Positions 1 to 9,253 of a DNA stretch of 34,647 bases are shown one piece after another. Source of the stretch: Alphaproteobacteria bacterium (GTDB taxonomy: Bacteria > Pseudomonadota > Alphaproteobacteria > SP197); the NCBI GenBank assembly GCA_022822575.1, contig JAJEBJ010000003.1, forward strand, positions 1 through 34,647, given 5' to 3'. The notes under the pieces are model-generated. The model was not told the origin of the DNA and did not search any database. It saw only the letters and a program-made list of their open reading frames with translations. How positions within the stretch are numbered: the first letter of the stretch is position 1; every line of letters begins with the position of its first letter. The translations under genes and the position numbers were made by a program.

Positions 1-930
1 ATCTGCGTGTCGTCGGGCAGCCTCACCGGCATTCCGCTGATGCACCAGGGCTTCGATCTGCCGATTGCCAACATCATGCACACCGGGTCACCGCACTGGT
101 ACCACGAAGGCCTGGAAGGTGAATCGGAAGAGGATTTCGCGACCCGAAGGGCCGAGGAACTCGAACAGATGATCCTTGCCGAGGGGCCCGAGACGGTGGC
201 CGCCTTCATCGCCGAGCCTGTCATGGGTGCCGGCGGCGTCATCGTGCCACCCGCCGGCTACTTCGAGAAGATCCAGGCCGTCCTGGCGAAGTACGACGTG
301 CTGATGATCGCCGACGAGGTGATCTGCGGTTTCCACCGCACCGGTCAGCTGTTCGGTTCCAACACCTACGGCATCAAGCCGGACATCATGGTCGTGGCCA
401 AGCAGCTCTCCTCGGCCTACCTGCCGATCAGTGCGGTGATCGTGAACGAGAAGGTCTATGGACCGATTCGCGACTTCTCCGACGAAAACGGCGTGTTTGC
501 TACAGGCTTCACCTATTCGGGCCATCCTGTTCCGGCAGCGGTTGCTGTCGAGACCCTCAAGATCTACGACGAAATCAACATTGCCGACCACGTCGCCAGG
601 ATAGCACCGGTGATGCAGGAACGACTGATGGCCCTCGGCGATCACCCGATCGTCGGCGAAGCGAGGGGTGTCGGCCTCATCGGCGCGGTGGAACTCGTCA
701 GGGACAAGGAGACCCGGGAGAACTTCCCGCCCGCCATTGCCAACTACTGTGGCGAACGGTGCCTCGCGCATCGCCTCATCGTGCGGGCGGCCGGAGGAAA
801 TTCTGTCGCGGTCTGTCCTCCCCTCATCATCGAGGAAGAGCAGATTCACCAGATCTTCGATCGGCTGAAGGCAGCACTCGACGACACCCTGGAGTACGTC
901 CGCCAGGAGAGCCTGCTCGACGCAGCCTGA
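1..930 (+). CDS. Class III PLP aminotransferase (omega-amino acid/polyamine aminotransferase-like), 5'-truncated by window edge
   Basis: Frame open from position 1; motifs AAFIAEPVMGAGGV, IADEVICGF, AKQLSS (PLP Lys), GFTYSGHP, RGVGL. Confidence 0.9.
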   Translation: MCVSSGSLTGIPLMHQGFDLPIANIMHTGSPHWYHEGLEGESEEDFATRRAEELEQMILAEGPETVAAFIAEPVMGAGGVIVPPAGYFEKIQAVLAKYDVLMIADEVICGFHRTGQLFGSNTYGIKPDIMVVAKQLSSAYLPISAVIVNEKVYGPIRDFSDENGVFATGFTYSGHPVPAAVAVETLKIYDEINIADHVARIAPVMQERLMALGDHPIVGEARGVGLIGAVELVRDKETRENFPPAIANYCGERCLAHRLIVRAAGGNSVAVCPPLIIEEEQIHQIFDRLKAALDDTLEYVRQESLLDAA

Positions 931-964
931 TCACCTGTCACGGGCGCCCGCTGCCGCCAGGAAG

Positions 965-2098
965 TCAGCGGGCGCCACCCAGTCTTGACGGCGACAGGGT
1001 TCCCGGATCCAGACCTGCGCCGAGGAGATCCTGTGGCAGGCTGTTACCGAGGATGATGGAGGCGGCATAGGCGGACAGACCCGTGGATGTCTGGATTCCG
1101 GCGCCGCCCTGGCCGACATTCCAGAAGAACCCCTCACATGCAGGGTCGAAACCTGTCACCGGCAGCCTGTCCGGGACGAAGCTTCGCAACCCCGCCCATC
1201 GGCTTTCCATGCGCCGGATGTCGAGTGTGGTCCACTCCATGATCCGGTGGGCGGCAAGGGCGAGGTCCAGTTCCTCGGGCGCGGCATCGCAGGGTTCACT
1301 TGGCTGTTCGTCGGCCAGGGAACCGAGGATCAGCCCGGCCTCCGGCTTGAAGTAGAAACTCTCGCCATCATCGGCGACCAACGGCCAGGCGCCATGGTCC
1401 ATGCCGTTCGGCCCACGGAACGTGAAGGCGGTGCGGCGCATGGGTACAAGGCCAACCGGCGCGGCTCCGGCCATGCGGCCGACGACATCGCCCCAGGCAC
1501 CGGCGCAATTGGCCACGACGGGCGCCTCGAGGGTCTTTCCGGGCACCGTCACGTGCCAGACCCCGCTGCGGTGTTCCATCTGCGTGACCGGCGCATTGAG
1601 GAGCATGGTGGCACCGGAGGCTCGCGCCGCCCGGAGATAGGCGCCGTGGATGGCATGGACGTCGATGTCGCCGGCGGCGGGTTCCCAGAGCCCTGATTGG
1701 ATCTTCTCCGGCTTGAGAACCGGACACCGTTCGAGGCACCCGTCGCGATCGAGTTCGAAGAGCTGGTGCCCGATCACATGGCTCAATCCGTTGAGTGTGA
1801 ATGAGGCGTCCCGGGTTCCGGTCCCGAAGAGAAGGAGAACGGGCCGCCTCCTGATCAGGGGTACATCGGTGAACCCTGGCGGTGGATTCTCGAGAAAGGG
1901 CCTGGTGGCAGCACTGAGGGCCTGGATGACCGCGCCGCCGATCACATCGGTGTAATGCGCCGCCGATCGTCCCGTGCTGTGATAGCCCGGCTGGTCTTCC
2001 GCCTCGAGGATCGCCACCCTGCGGGATGGCGCAAGGCGCCAGGCGAGCGACGCTCCCACCACGCCTGCGCCAATGATGACGACGTCAAATGCGGCCAT
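965..2098 (-). CDS. FAD-dependent oxidoreductase, D-amino acid dehydrogenase (DadA/DauA-like) family
   Basis: N-terminal VIIGAGVVG Rossmann motif, GYHSTGRSAA, VANCAGAW, WAGLRSFVPD, GQGGAGIQTS. Confidence 0.85.
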   Translation of the reverse strand: MAAFDVVIIGAGVVGASLAWRLAPSRRVAILEAEDQPGYHSTGRSAAHYTDVIGGAVIQALSAATRPFLENPPPGFTDVPLIRRRPVLLLFGTGTRDASFTLNGLSHVIGHQLFELDRDGCLERCPVLKPEKIQSGLWEPAAGDIDVHAIHGAYLRAARASGATMLLNAPVTQMEHRSGVWHVTVPGKTLEAPVVANCAGAWGDVVGRMAGAAPVGLVPMRRTAFTFRGPNGMDHGAWPLVADDGESFYFKPEAGLILGSLADEQPSEPCDAAPEELDLALAAHRIMEWTTLDIRRMESRWAGLRSFVPDRLPVTGFDPACEGFFWNVGQGGAGIQTSTGLSAYAASIILGNSLPQDLLGAGLDPGTLSPSRLGGAR

Positions 2099-2121
2099 GG
2101 TTCCAGATTGATCCGGTAGAA

Positions 2122-2196
2122 TGGTGCCGAAGGGGAGATTCGAACTCCCGACCTACTGATTACGAATCAGTTGCTCTGCCACTGAGCTACTTCGGC
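2122..2196 (-). tRNA. tRNA-Thr (anticodon CGT)
   Basis: Reverse complement GCCGAAG-TAGCTCAGTGGCAGAGC-A-ACTGA-TTCGTAA-TCAGT-AGGTC-GGGAG-TTCGAAT-CTCCC-CTTCGGC-A-CCA: full cloverleaf, T-loop TTCGAAT, encoded CCA. Confidence 0.97.
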
Positions 2197-2219
2197 TGGG
2201 TTACCCGGTCAGGGCGGTG

Positions 2220-2249
2220 AACCTAGTCACAAGCCACCGCCAGGGTCAA
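2220..2249 (-). promoter_or_regulatory. Putative sigma70-type promoter for tRNA-Thr
   Basis: Minus strand TTGACC-N18-TAGGTT, ending about 23 nt upstream of the tRNA. Confidence 0.4.
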
Positions 2250-2259
2250 TGCCGCAAGC

Positions 2260-3606
2260 TCACGACAGCGTGACCGGTTCGGCCGGTCCCGGTGATGCCA
2301 GGACCGAAGGGCCGGTCTCTTCCACGGTGCCCGGACTGCGCCAGATCATGGAGTCGAAGCGCCCGCAGCCTTCACAGACAGCATGCCATGTCCGGGTAAT
2401 ATGGCCACAGCCTTTGCATTGCCAGGTCCTGTCCGGACTCGCCTCGATCATGCTCGCCTGCCACTTCGCGGCCTCCTCGGCGTTCTCCTCGCTGGTCTCT
2501 AGGTCGATCCACAGACGGATCTCCCGGGGTGCCAGGCCCGTCGTGCCGATGGCGTTGAGATGGCGCCGCATCTCTCCTGTCAGCTTCGATTCCATCGCCA
2601 CCCGCGCCGCAGCCACATGGGCCTCCCGGTCATCCTCGTTGAGGTTGAGCAGGCGTTCCATGCGACGATAGCGGTTGGCCCCATCGTCACCCCAGGCCGA
2701 TATATAGAGATCGGCGAGATCCGGATGCGGCGCCATCTTCCAGGTCTTCTCGACGACACGAACGGCCTGGGTTCCCTTTCCGGAGTCGATGAGAAGCCGG
2801 GCGAGGATACAGCCCGCAGGCACCAGGTCCGGCGCCTCGCCGTGAGCTGTGCGGGCAAGCTTGAGGGCCTCTTCTCGACGCCCTTCCTCGTGGGTCCGCA
2901 CCGCTTCCTCAACCAGCAGAACGGCATGGCGCCGCCGTCCAGGCGCGGCCTCGACGACCTTGCGATCGCGTGCGGACTTCAGTGTCTGGCGGGCCGCGGT
3001 CCAGTCCCCGGCCCGTGTCTGCAACTCGAATACAGCCTCAGCCGCCCACGCGGCATCGGGTCTGAGAGCATGGGCCTGGCGCGCATACCCTGCCGCAGCC
3101 TCGTGATCGCCCTTCCTCAGGGCTGCCGCCATCAGGCCGCGAAGACCCAAAAACTCCGTCTCCGGACGCTCCAGCATGGCACGAAAGCGCCGGTCCGCCT
3201 CGGCGTCATCCCCGTCGAGCTGGGCGGCCTGGGCCGTCAGGAGCAGGGTGAGCGGTGGACGATCGAGCAGCCTGTCGGCTCTCTTCGCATGGGACCGGGC
3301 GCCCGGGGCGTCGCCGGCTGCCACCGCCACAAGTCCCGACGTCAACGCCTGCCAGCCCTTTTCCTTGCGGCGATCGCCCAGGGCGAGCCGGATGCGGCGC
3401 GGTCCGCGCCAGACCCACTGGAGAAGGAGCACCGCCAGCACGGACACGACGACGAGGACAAGGATGCCGAGAATCAGTATCGGCGTCTCGGTCGTCACTT
3501 CCCAGACATCCCAGACGAAGGTGACGCTGCCCCCGCGATCGGCAATCCACACGATACCGCCGATCGCCGCGGCCATGACAATGACGTAGAAGAGGAGAGC
3601 GATCAT
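2260..3606 (-). CDS. HemY-like membrane protein (HemY_N + TPR-like helices + C-terminal Zn ribbon)
   Basis: Two N-terminal hydrophobic segments, ALTSGLVAVAAGD, LLLTAQAAQL, PETEFLGLRGL, PHPDLA, CKGC...CEGC; last gene of the hemC-hemD cluster. Confidence 0.85.
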   Translation of the reverse strand: MIALLFYVIVMAAAIGGIVWIADRGGSVTFVWDVWEVTTETPILILGILVLVVVSVLAVLLLQWVWRGPRRIRLALGDRRKEKGWQALTSGLVAVAAGDAPGARSHAKRADRLLDRPPLTLLLTAQAAQLDGDDAEADRRFRAMLERPETEFLGLRGLMAAALRKGDHEAAAGYARQAHALRPDAAWAAEAVFELQTRAGDWTAARQTLKSARDRKVVEAAPGRRRHAVLLVEEAVRTHEEGRREEALKLARTAHGEAPDLVPAGCILARLLIDSGKGTQAVRVVEKTWKMAPHPDLADLYISAWGDDGANRYRRMERLLNLNEDDREAHVAAARVAMESKLTGEMRRHLNAIGTTGLAPREIRLWIDLETSEENAEEAAKWQASMIEASPDRTWQCKGCGHITRTWHAVCEGCGRFDSMIWRSPGTVEETGPSVLASPGPAEPVTLS

Positions 3607-4676
3607 GGTTGCACGATGCCGGCGACGGCCCGCGCATGAAGGCGATCGAGGGCGGCATCGGCCTCGATGCGCGCCCTCGCCTCACCGGCCCATTGCGCCA
3701 TGATTCCGGCAGACTGAGCGGGAAGGGAATCGATCTCCCTCAACGCCTCTTCAAGGTTTCCTGCGGCCACTGCCGCCTCGATCCTGAGCATCGTTGCCTG
3801 ACTGCCCGTGCCGGCGTGCTCGCCGTCGATCCGCCTGACGGTGACGAGGCTTTCGATATGGGCCAGGGTTTCGTCGACCCATCCGCTGGCCTCCGCCACC
3901 CTAGCGGCATTGCGAGTGGCCGTGAGTACGTCACCGAGGGACGCATCGAGTGCGTGATGCGCGGGAATGCCCGTGCCGGCATGAGGGGCCAGGATGTCAA
4001 GGTCTGCCTCGACTTCGGGATCATTCCCTTCGAGGGCGGCAACGGTTTCGTGTTCCGCAGTGAACGGCCGGCCGCTGTCGACGGCATCCCGCAGTCGGCC
4101 AAGGGCGACGACGAACGCCGCACCGTGATCACCGGACCGGGAGGCGAGGGTGTCCAGCATCCGGCGAAGGTCCGCCACATCCCGACGAAGCGCATCAATC
4201 AGGCGGGCTCGCTCCCTGTCCGCGGCATCGGGAGTTTCGATGTCCGTGCCCGGAACGACCGGGGGCGATGCATCGTTCAGGGTTTCATCGATTCCGTCGA
4301 TGCGCTGGACAAGTTCTGCAAGGTCCATCTCCAGTCCGGTGCGATAACTGCCTTCAGCGGCGAGCGCAGCCTCCGCCGCATCGAGGCGTTCCGCGAGACG
4401 CGTCACGGTGAGGTCAATGTCCGTCTCGCCATCCTCCGCAGAGAGGCGAAGCACCCGTTCCTCGAGTTCGGCAAGGCGCTCCGTGGCATCGCGCATCCCG
4501 GACCACAGCCAGGCCAGACCGGCGACAAGGGCCGCCATCGCCAGAATGAGGATCCCTGACGCCAACCATCCGGAGTATCTTGCCAGTGACAGCTTCACGG
4601 CTTGCGCCGGCTTCCTGGTCCAGGGCGCATCGGTGGTGTCGTCTTTCGCCGGATTGCTGCTGTCGTCAGACGTCAT
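3603..4676 (-). CDS. COG4223 / mitofilin-domain (alphaproteobacterial Mic60-like) protein
   Basis: One N-terminal TM helix, coiled coil, LRDAVDSGRPF, APHAGTGIP, SLVTVRR; sits between hemD and hemY-like; ATG at 4676 has a GGAG SD and overlaps the hemD stop. Confidence 0.8.
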   Translation of the reverse strand: MTSDDSSNPAKDDTTDAPWTRKPAQAVKLSLARYSGWLASGILILAMAALVAGLAWLWSGMRDATERLAELEERVLRLSAEDGETDIDLTVTRLAERLDAAEAALAAEGSYRTGLEMDLAELVQRIDGIDETLNDASPPVVPGTDIETPDAADRERARLIDALRRDVADLRRMLDTLASRSGDHGAAFVVALGRLRDAVDSGRPFTAEHETVAALEGNDPEVEADLDILAPHAGTGIPAHHALDASLGDVLTATRNAARVAEASGWVDETLAHIESLVTVRRIDGEHAGTGSQATMLRIEAAVAAGNLEEALREIDSLPAQSAGIMAQWAGEARARIEADAALDRLHARAVAGIVQP

Positions 4677-5392
4677 GAATGTTCTCCGGCAAGGACGATG
4701 CACCCCGCAAGACTCTCTGCATCACTGCGAGGGGCCACGACAAGACCTTTCCAGCCCGATCCCTCAAGGGTCCGGGCGACAGCGTCGCTCAGACAGAACC
4801 CGATGAGCGACTGCAAGCACGTTCCGGCACCCGCCTCGCGAATGAGCCTCATGAAGATTGCGGCCGTTCGCGGCGAAAAATGGGCCACGCCCAGAAGATG
4901 GCCTCCCCGAAGCGCGGTCAGGGCCGCCTGTGGCAGGCTACTGACAGCGTCGGCATGATAGCCGACAACCCGTTCGACGACGAATCCGTCCCCCGCCAGG
5001 AGGCCCGCCAGATCGCCGGCGATTCTCGAGCCCGACACATGAATCAGTCGCCCGGATCCGGGGTCAAGGTGCTGGCGGATGAGGATCGCAAGGCTCTCCA
5101 GGTTGCCTCCGGCAGCATGGACACCCGTGAAGCCGTGATCCCGTGCCCGGCCTGCCGAGACCGTGCCGACGGCCAGGACCGGAACCGAACGGTTGGCCGT
5201 GGCCCGTGCAAGAGCATCGGCGCCATTGGCGCTCGTCACCACGCATCCCTGGACTCCGCCAAGGTCGCCAAGCGTGACGGTGATGTCGACGATCGTCAGC
5301 AACGGAGCAATGAGGGACTCAATTCCCCGCCGCCGGAGAATGGCCGCAAAGGCAAGGGAGTCCCTCTTCGGCCTTGTCACGAGAACGGTCAC
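4673..5392 (-). CDS. hemD: Uroporphyrinogen-III synthase
   Basis: VLVTRP, VTSANG, LAVG, VGYHA, FSPRTA motifs; GTG at 5392 overlaps the hemC stop (GTGA). Confidence 0.9.
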   Translation of the reverse strand: MTVLVTRPKRDSLAFAAILRRRGIESLIAPLLTIVDITVTLGDLGGVQGCVVTSANGADALARATANRSVPVLAVGTVSAGRARDHGFTGVHAAGGNLESLAILIRQHLDPGSGRLIHVSGSRIAGDLAGLLAGDGFVVERVVGYHADAVSSLPQAALTALRGGHLLGVAHFSPRTAAIFMRLIREAGAGTCLQSLIGFCLSDAVARTLEGSGWKGLVVAPRSDAESLAGCIVLAGEHS

Positions 5393-6306
5393 GGCATCCG
5401 GCTTCCGTAGAGATTCCTGCCTGCCCGGCTCAGAAGCCTCTCGCCAACCGCCCTGCCCACGGCCTCGGCCTCTGCGCCCTTCTCTTCGCTCATCGTCCAC
5501 CGGCTGCCATCGTCCGACAGCACCTGGGCTCGAACCCGCACGTCGTCTCCGGACCGTGTGGCGAGGGCAGCAACGGGTGTCCGGCACGATCCATCGAGGA
5601 CTGCGAGGACGGCACGTTCCGCCTCGACGCATTGTCTGGTGGGCGCATCGTCGATGGCCTCGAGCACGGCCAGGATGCCGGATTCCCCGGTGCGGCACGT
5701 CACGCCGATGGCGCCCTGTCCGGCAGCAGGGAGCATGTCGCCCGGATCAAGGAGCGCCGTCGCCTCGTGGAGAAGGCCCAGGCGTTCCAGGCCGGCTGCC
5801 GCCAGCAACGTTGCCGCGGCCTTTCCCTCCTTCAACCGGGCAAGGCGCGTGTCGACGTTGCCTCGCCAGGTCACGATCTCAAGATCGGGCCGCAGGCTGA
5901 GGAGCTGCGCCCGGCGGCGTATTGACGACGTGCCCACCCGGGCGCCTCTGGGGAGTTCGCGGATTGAGGCGGCAACGGTCGAGACGAAGGCATCGCGAGG
6001 ATCGGCGCGTGGCAGGATGGATCCCAGCGCCACCTCCTCGGTGACGGTGGTTTCAACGTCCTTCATGGAGTGAACGGCAAGATCGGCATCGCCCCGGACC
6101 ACAACCCGGTCGATTTCCGCGGTGAAGACACCCTTGCCCCCCACCTCGGCGAGAGGTCGGTCCCGGACCCGATCGCCTGTGGTGCGCACAATCACCAACT
6201 CCGGCGGCGCGAGACCGGGATGACGCATCATCAGAGTCTCGCGGACGAGGTTGGCCTGGAACCGTGCCAACCGGCTTCCCCGCGTGGCAATTCTCAGGGG
6301 TTCCAC
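5389..6306 (-). CDS. hemC: Hydroxymethylbilane synthase (porphobilinogen deaminase)
   Basis: IATRGSRLA, TTGD, GGKGVFT, HSMKD, GTSSIRR, RGNVDTRL, GSCRTP cofactor Cys. Confidence 0.97.
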   Translation of the reverse strand: MEPLRIATRGSRLARFQANLVRETLMMRHPGLAPPELVIVRTTGDRVRDRPLAEVGGKGVFTAEIDRVVVRGDADLAVHSMKDVETTVTEEVALGSILPRADPRDAFVSTVAASIRELPRGARVGTSSIRRRAQLLSLRPDLEIVTWRGNVDTRLARLKEGKAAATLLAAAGLERLGLLHEATALLDPGDMLPAAGQGAIGVTCRTGESGILAVLEAIDDAPTRQCVEAERAVLAVLDGSCRTPVAALATRSGDDVRVRAQVLSDDGSRWTMSEEKGAEAEAVGRAVGERLLSRAGRNLYGSRMP

Positions 6307-6418
6307 GTTCTATCGTCTCTCAAAGAACCTTGTTGTGGGCGATGGTGACCGTTTGCCATCATCCGGAATCCAGGCGCAATGGCATGGAAGCCTCTGGCTA
6401 TGGCGTCCATTTCCAACG

Positions 6419-7480
6419 TCAGGCATGCCAGTCAAATGCGCCGCATGCCTGGTCAAATTGCCGCAGATAGGCAGACCTCTGCTGGCTTGTCATCCAGGCC
6501 GATTGATAACCATTGCGCATGAGTTTGATCAGGGTCTCAGTCGGCAGGTTCCCGTTTCTCTGGGCCTCAAGTATTGTCCTGTTCAACCACCCTGAACCAA
6601 ACTGTTCTGGATCATCCGAGTTGATCGTTATCACAACACCGCGATCCATCAATCTGATCAACATATCCAGATTGCCCGCAGATGCAGTCTCATCCTCGAA
6701 CACATACCGTGTAGGGCACCCCGTCAACGCGATCCCCTTGTCCACGAGGAGTGATACGAGATCATCATCTTCGATCGCGTTCAACCCATGATCGATGCGT
6801 TCTACGCCCAGAATTTCAATGCAGTCGCGAATATGCCGGAGGGAGTTTGGCTGGTGCACGTCACAATGAGAGGTGAGCCTGTAGCCTTGCTCCCTCGCCC
6901 GAGCAAAAAGGGGCGAGAACTTATTCGGAAAGTCGTTTATCTCCGGGTTGTCTAGACCGACTCCAACGATGTCGTCTCTGTATGGCTTGACGCTATCCAG
7001 GACAGCGCAGGCGTCATCCAAGCTTTGATCCCGTTGGAAACACATGATCCATTGGGTTACGATTCCGAACTCGTCATGTGCAGTCCGTGCGCCCGAAAAC
7101 AACCCTTCGAGCAGCGCATCGAGACTGACGCCCTGGCGCAGTCCCTGTTGCGGATCGAACATGATCTCGGCATACACGATGTTCTCGCCATGGCATTTCT
7201 TGAGACACCTGTACGCAATATCCTCGTAGTCTCGACCGGTACGCAAAACCGAACGACAAACGTCCAGGCATTCAATAAAGCTGATAAGGCCTGCTTCTCC
7301 GTCTCCGTTGCGTCCGTTCGCTCTCTGAGCCATCAGGATGTCATCTGCCGAATCGTACGGTAATTGGACGCTATTCCGCTCGGCGATGGAAAACAGCAAG
7401 TCAGGTTCGATTGTTCCCTCAATGTGGATATGCAGCTCCACCTTTGGCATTGCTTCGATGAACTCTGAGATCCTGGTCAT
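6419..7480 (-). CDS. Adenosine/adenine deaminase-family amidohydrolase (variant active site)
   Basis: PKVELHIHIEGT, YAEIMFDPQ, SHCD, ERIDHG, INSDDP; start uncertain (ATG 7480 or TTG 7501); GC lower than neighbours. Confidence 0.85.
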   Translation of the reverse strand: MTRISEFIEAMPKVELHIHIEGTIEPDLLFSIAERNSVQLPYDSADDILMAQRANGRNGDGEAGLISFIECLDVCRSVLRTGRDYEDIAYRCLKKCHGENIVYAEIMFDPQQGLRQGVSLDALLEGLFSGARTAHDEFGIVTQWIMCFQRDQSLDDACAVLDSVKPYRDDIVGVGLDNPEINDFPNKFSPLFARAREQGYRLTSHCDVHQPNSLRHIRDCIEILGVERIDHGLNAIEDDDLVSLLVDKGIALTGCPTRYVFEDETASAGNLDMLIRLMDRGVVITINSDDPEQFGSGWLNRTILEAQRNGNLPTETLIKLMRNGYQSAWMTSQQRSAYLRQFDQACGAFDWHA

Positions 7481-7675
7481 GGAAGTCTTGCCTATGATCA
7501 ATCGATTGCTGGTGTCTCGATGCTAATACCGGTTCTCCGATTTGTCGCTGACGACAGGCGTGCTGGCCCACACAATCGGAGGTTCAGTTTCGGAGCTGCC
7601 CCGGTGCGACAGCCCGTCTGTCCGGAGATGCTGGTGAGCCATGATCACCGGGCCGTGCGGGCCTTCTGAATCCGG

Positions 7676-9217
7676 TCAGATCCTGGCTTCGATCAGGAAC
7701 GGGCCCGGTGTCGCAAATCCTGCGGCCAGCGCCTCGTTGAATTCTTCGGCGGTGTCCGCCCGGCTGGCCTCGACGCCCATGGAATGCGACATCTCGACCC
7801 AGTCGATCTCGGGTCGGTCGAGATCGAACATGTCGTGGGCCTTCGGTCCCGGCGTGGCGCCGACATTCAGAAGCTCGGTGTGGAGAATGGCATAGGTCCG
7901 GTTGGCATAGACAACCGTGACGACATCAAGCTGTTCACGTGCCTGGGTCCACAGGGCCTGGACCGTGTAGAGCGCACTGCCATCACCGGTGAGGCAGAGC
8001 ACCTTGCGGTCGGGGCAGGCCACCGCGGCTCCCGTCGCCTCGGGTACGGCGCGGCCGATGGACCCTCCGGTTCCGAACAGCCAGTCGTGGTGCGGACAAC
8101 CGCTTGTGTAGGGGTGGAGCATGCGTCCCGATGTGATCGCCTCGTCGGAGACGATGCACCCTTCGGGCATCAGGTGGCCGATTGCCGCTGCGATCTTGTG
8201 GATGTCGAGGTCTCCTGATCCAAGGTCAGGCCTCTTCGCCGCCTCGCGGCGGGGCTCGCACCCCATGGCGCCCAGCTCATCCGCGAGTCGTTCGAGCCCA
8301 TCCACGACATCGTCAGCCACTCCCGCAAGCTCGACCGGGCGGGCCGTCTCGGGAACGAGCAGGCTCGGCTTGCCGGGATAGGCAAAGAAGGCAACCGGCA
8401 TCTTCGCGCCGACAAGAACCACATGCCGTATTCCGGCGGTGGCGGCGAGGGCGACATCAACCACATAAGGCATGCGTTCCGGGTTGACCCGGCCGGCGCC
8501 ACGCTCCGTACGGGCGCCGGCAAACTCACTCATGAGGAGAGCGCCGGTCCGCTCGGCGATGCGCCCGGCCAACTCCGCTGCATCGGCGCGCAAGGCCCGG
8601 CCGCCGAGCAGGATCAGCACCGGCTCGCCGGACGTGAGCACATCCCGGCATGCCCTGATCCGGTCCTCGTCCACACGTTGCGGCGCCGGCACACGCGGAA
8701 CCGGCGATGGGCCTTCCGCATCGTTCCAGGCCGTGTCCGCCGGAAGAACGAGGGTGGCGATCTGACCTGGCGGAGTCCGTGCCGCAGCAATCGCCGCCGC
8801 CCCGTCGGGGGCGACCGACACCGCGTCCGCGCTCGTCCTCACCCAATCGGAAACCGGCCACGCAATGCCCTCGATATCGGCTGTCAGCGGCGCATCATGG
8901 GCAATGTGGTAGGTCGCATGCTCGCCAACGATGTTGACGATGGGTGTGCGCGCCTTTCTGGCATTGTGCAGGTTGGCCAGACCGTTTCCCAGTCCGGGAC
9001 CCGTGTGGAGAAGCGTTGCCGCAGGAGCGTCCTTCATGCGTCCGTAACCATCGGCGGCGCCTGTCACCACACCCTCGAAGAGACCAAGGATGCACCGCAT
9101 GCCATCGACCTTGTCGAGGGCAGCGCAAAAGTGCATTTCCGAGGTGCCGGGATTGGTGAAGCAGGTGTCCACTCCGCCGTTGACGAGGGTACGCACGAGG
9201 CTCTCGGCCCCGTTCAT
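7676..9217 (-). CDS. ThDP-dependent enzyme, acetolactate synthase large-subunit-like
   Basis: MNGAESLV, CFTNPGTSEMH, FEGVVTGAADGY, ThDP motif GDGS...N; ATG 9217 preceded by GGAAGG. Confidence 0.88.
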   Translation of the reverse strand: MNGAESLVRTLVNGGVDTCFTNPGTSEMHFCAALDKVDGMRCILGLFEGVVTGAADGYGRMKDAPAATLLHTGPGLGNGLANLHNARKARTPIVNIVGEHATYHIAHDAPLTADIEGIAWPVSDWVRTSADAVSVAPDGAAAIAAARTPPGQIATLVLPADTAWNDAEGPSPVPRVPAPQRVDEDRIRACRDVLTSGEPVLILLGGRALRADAAELAGRIAERTGALLMSEFAGARTERGAGRVNPERMPYVVDVALAATAGIRHVVLVGAKMPVAFFAYPGKPSLLVPETARPVELAGVADDVVDGLERLADELGAMGCEPRREAAKRPDLGSGDLDIHKIAAAIGHLMPEGCIVSDEAITSGRMLHPYTSGCPHHDWLFGTGGSIGRAVPEATGAAVACPDRKVLCLTGDGSALYTVQALWTQAREQLDVVTVVYANRTYAILHTELLNVGATPGPKAHDMFDLDRPEIDWVEMSHSMGVEASRADTAEEFNEALAAGFATPGPFLIEARI

Positions 9218-9253
9218 GACATTGCCTTCCATGAGGTTTCCCATCAGTTCTTG

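Noticed and set aside
2100-2196. tRNA as an integration (att) site
   Set aside because: No duplicated tRNA 3' end and no integrase seen in the window
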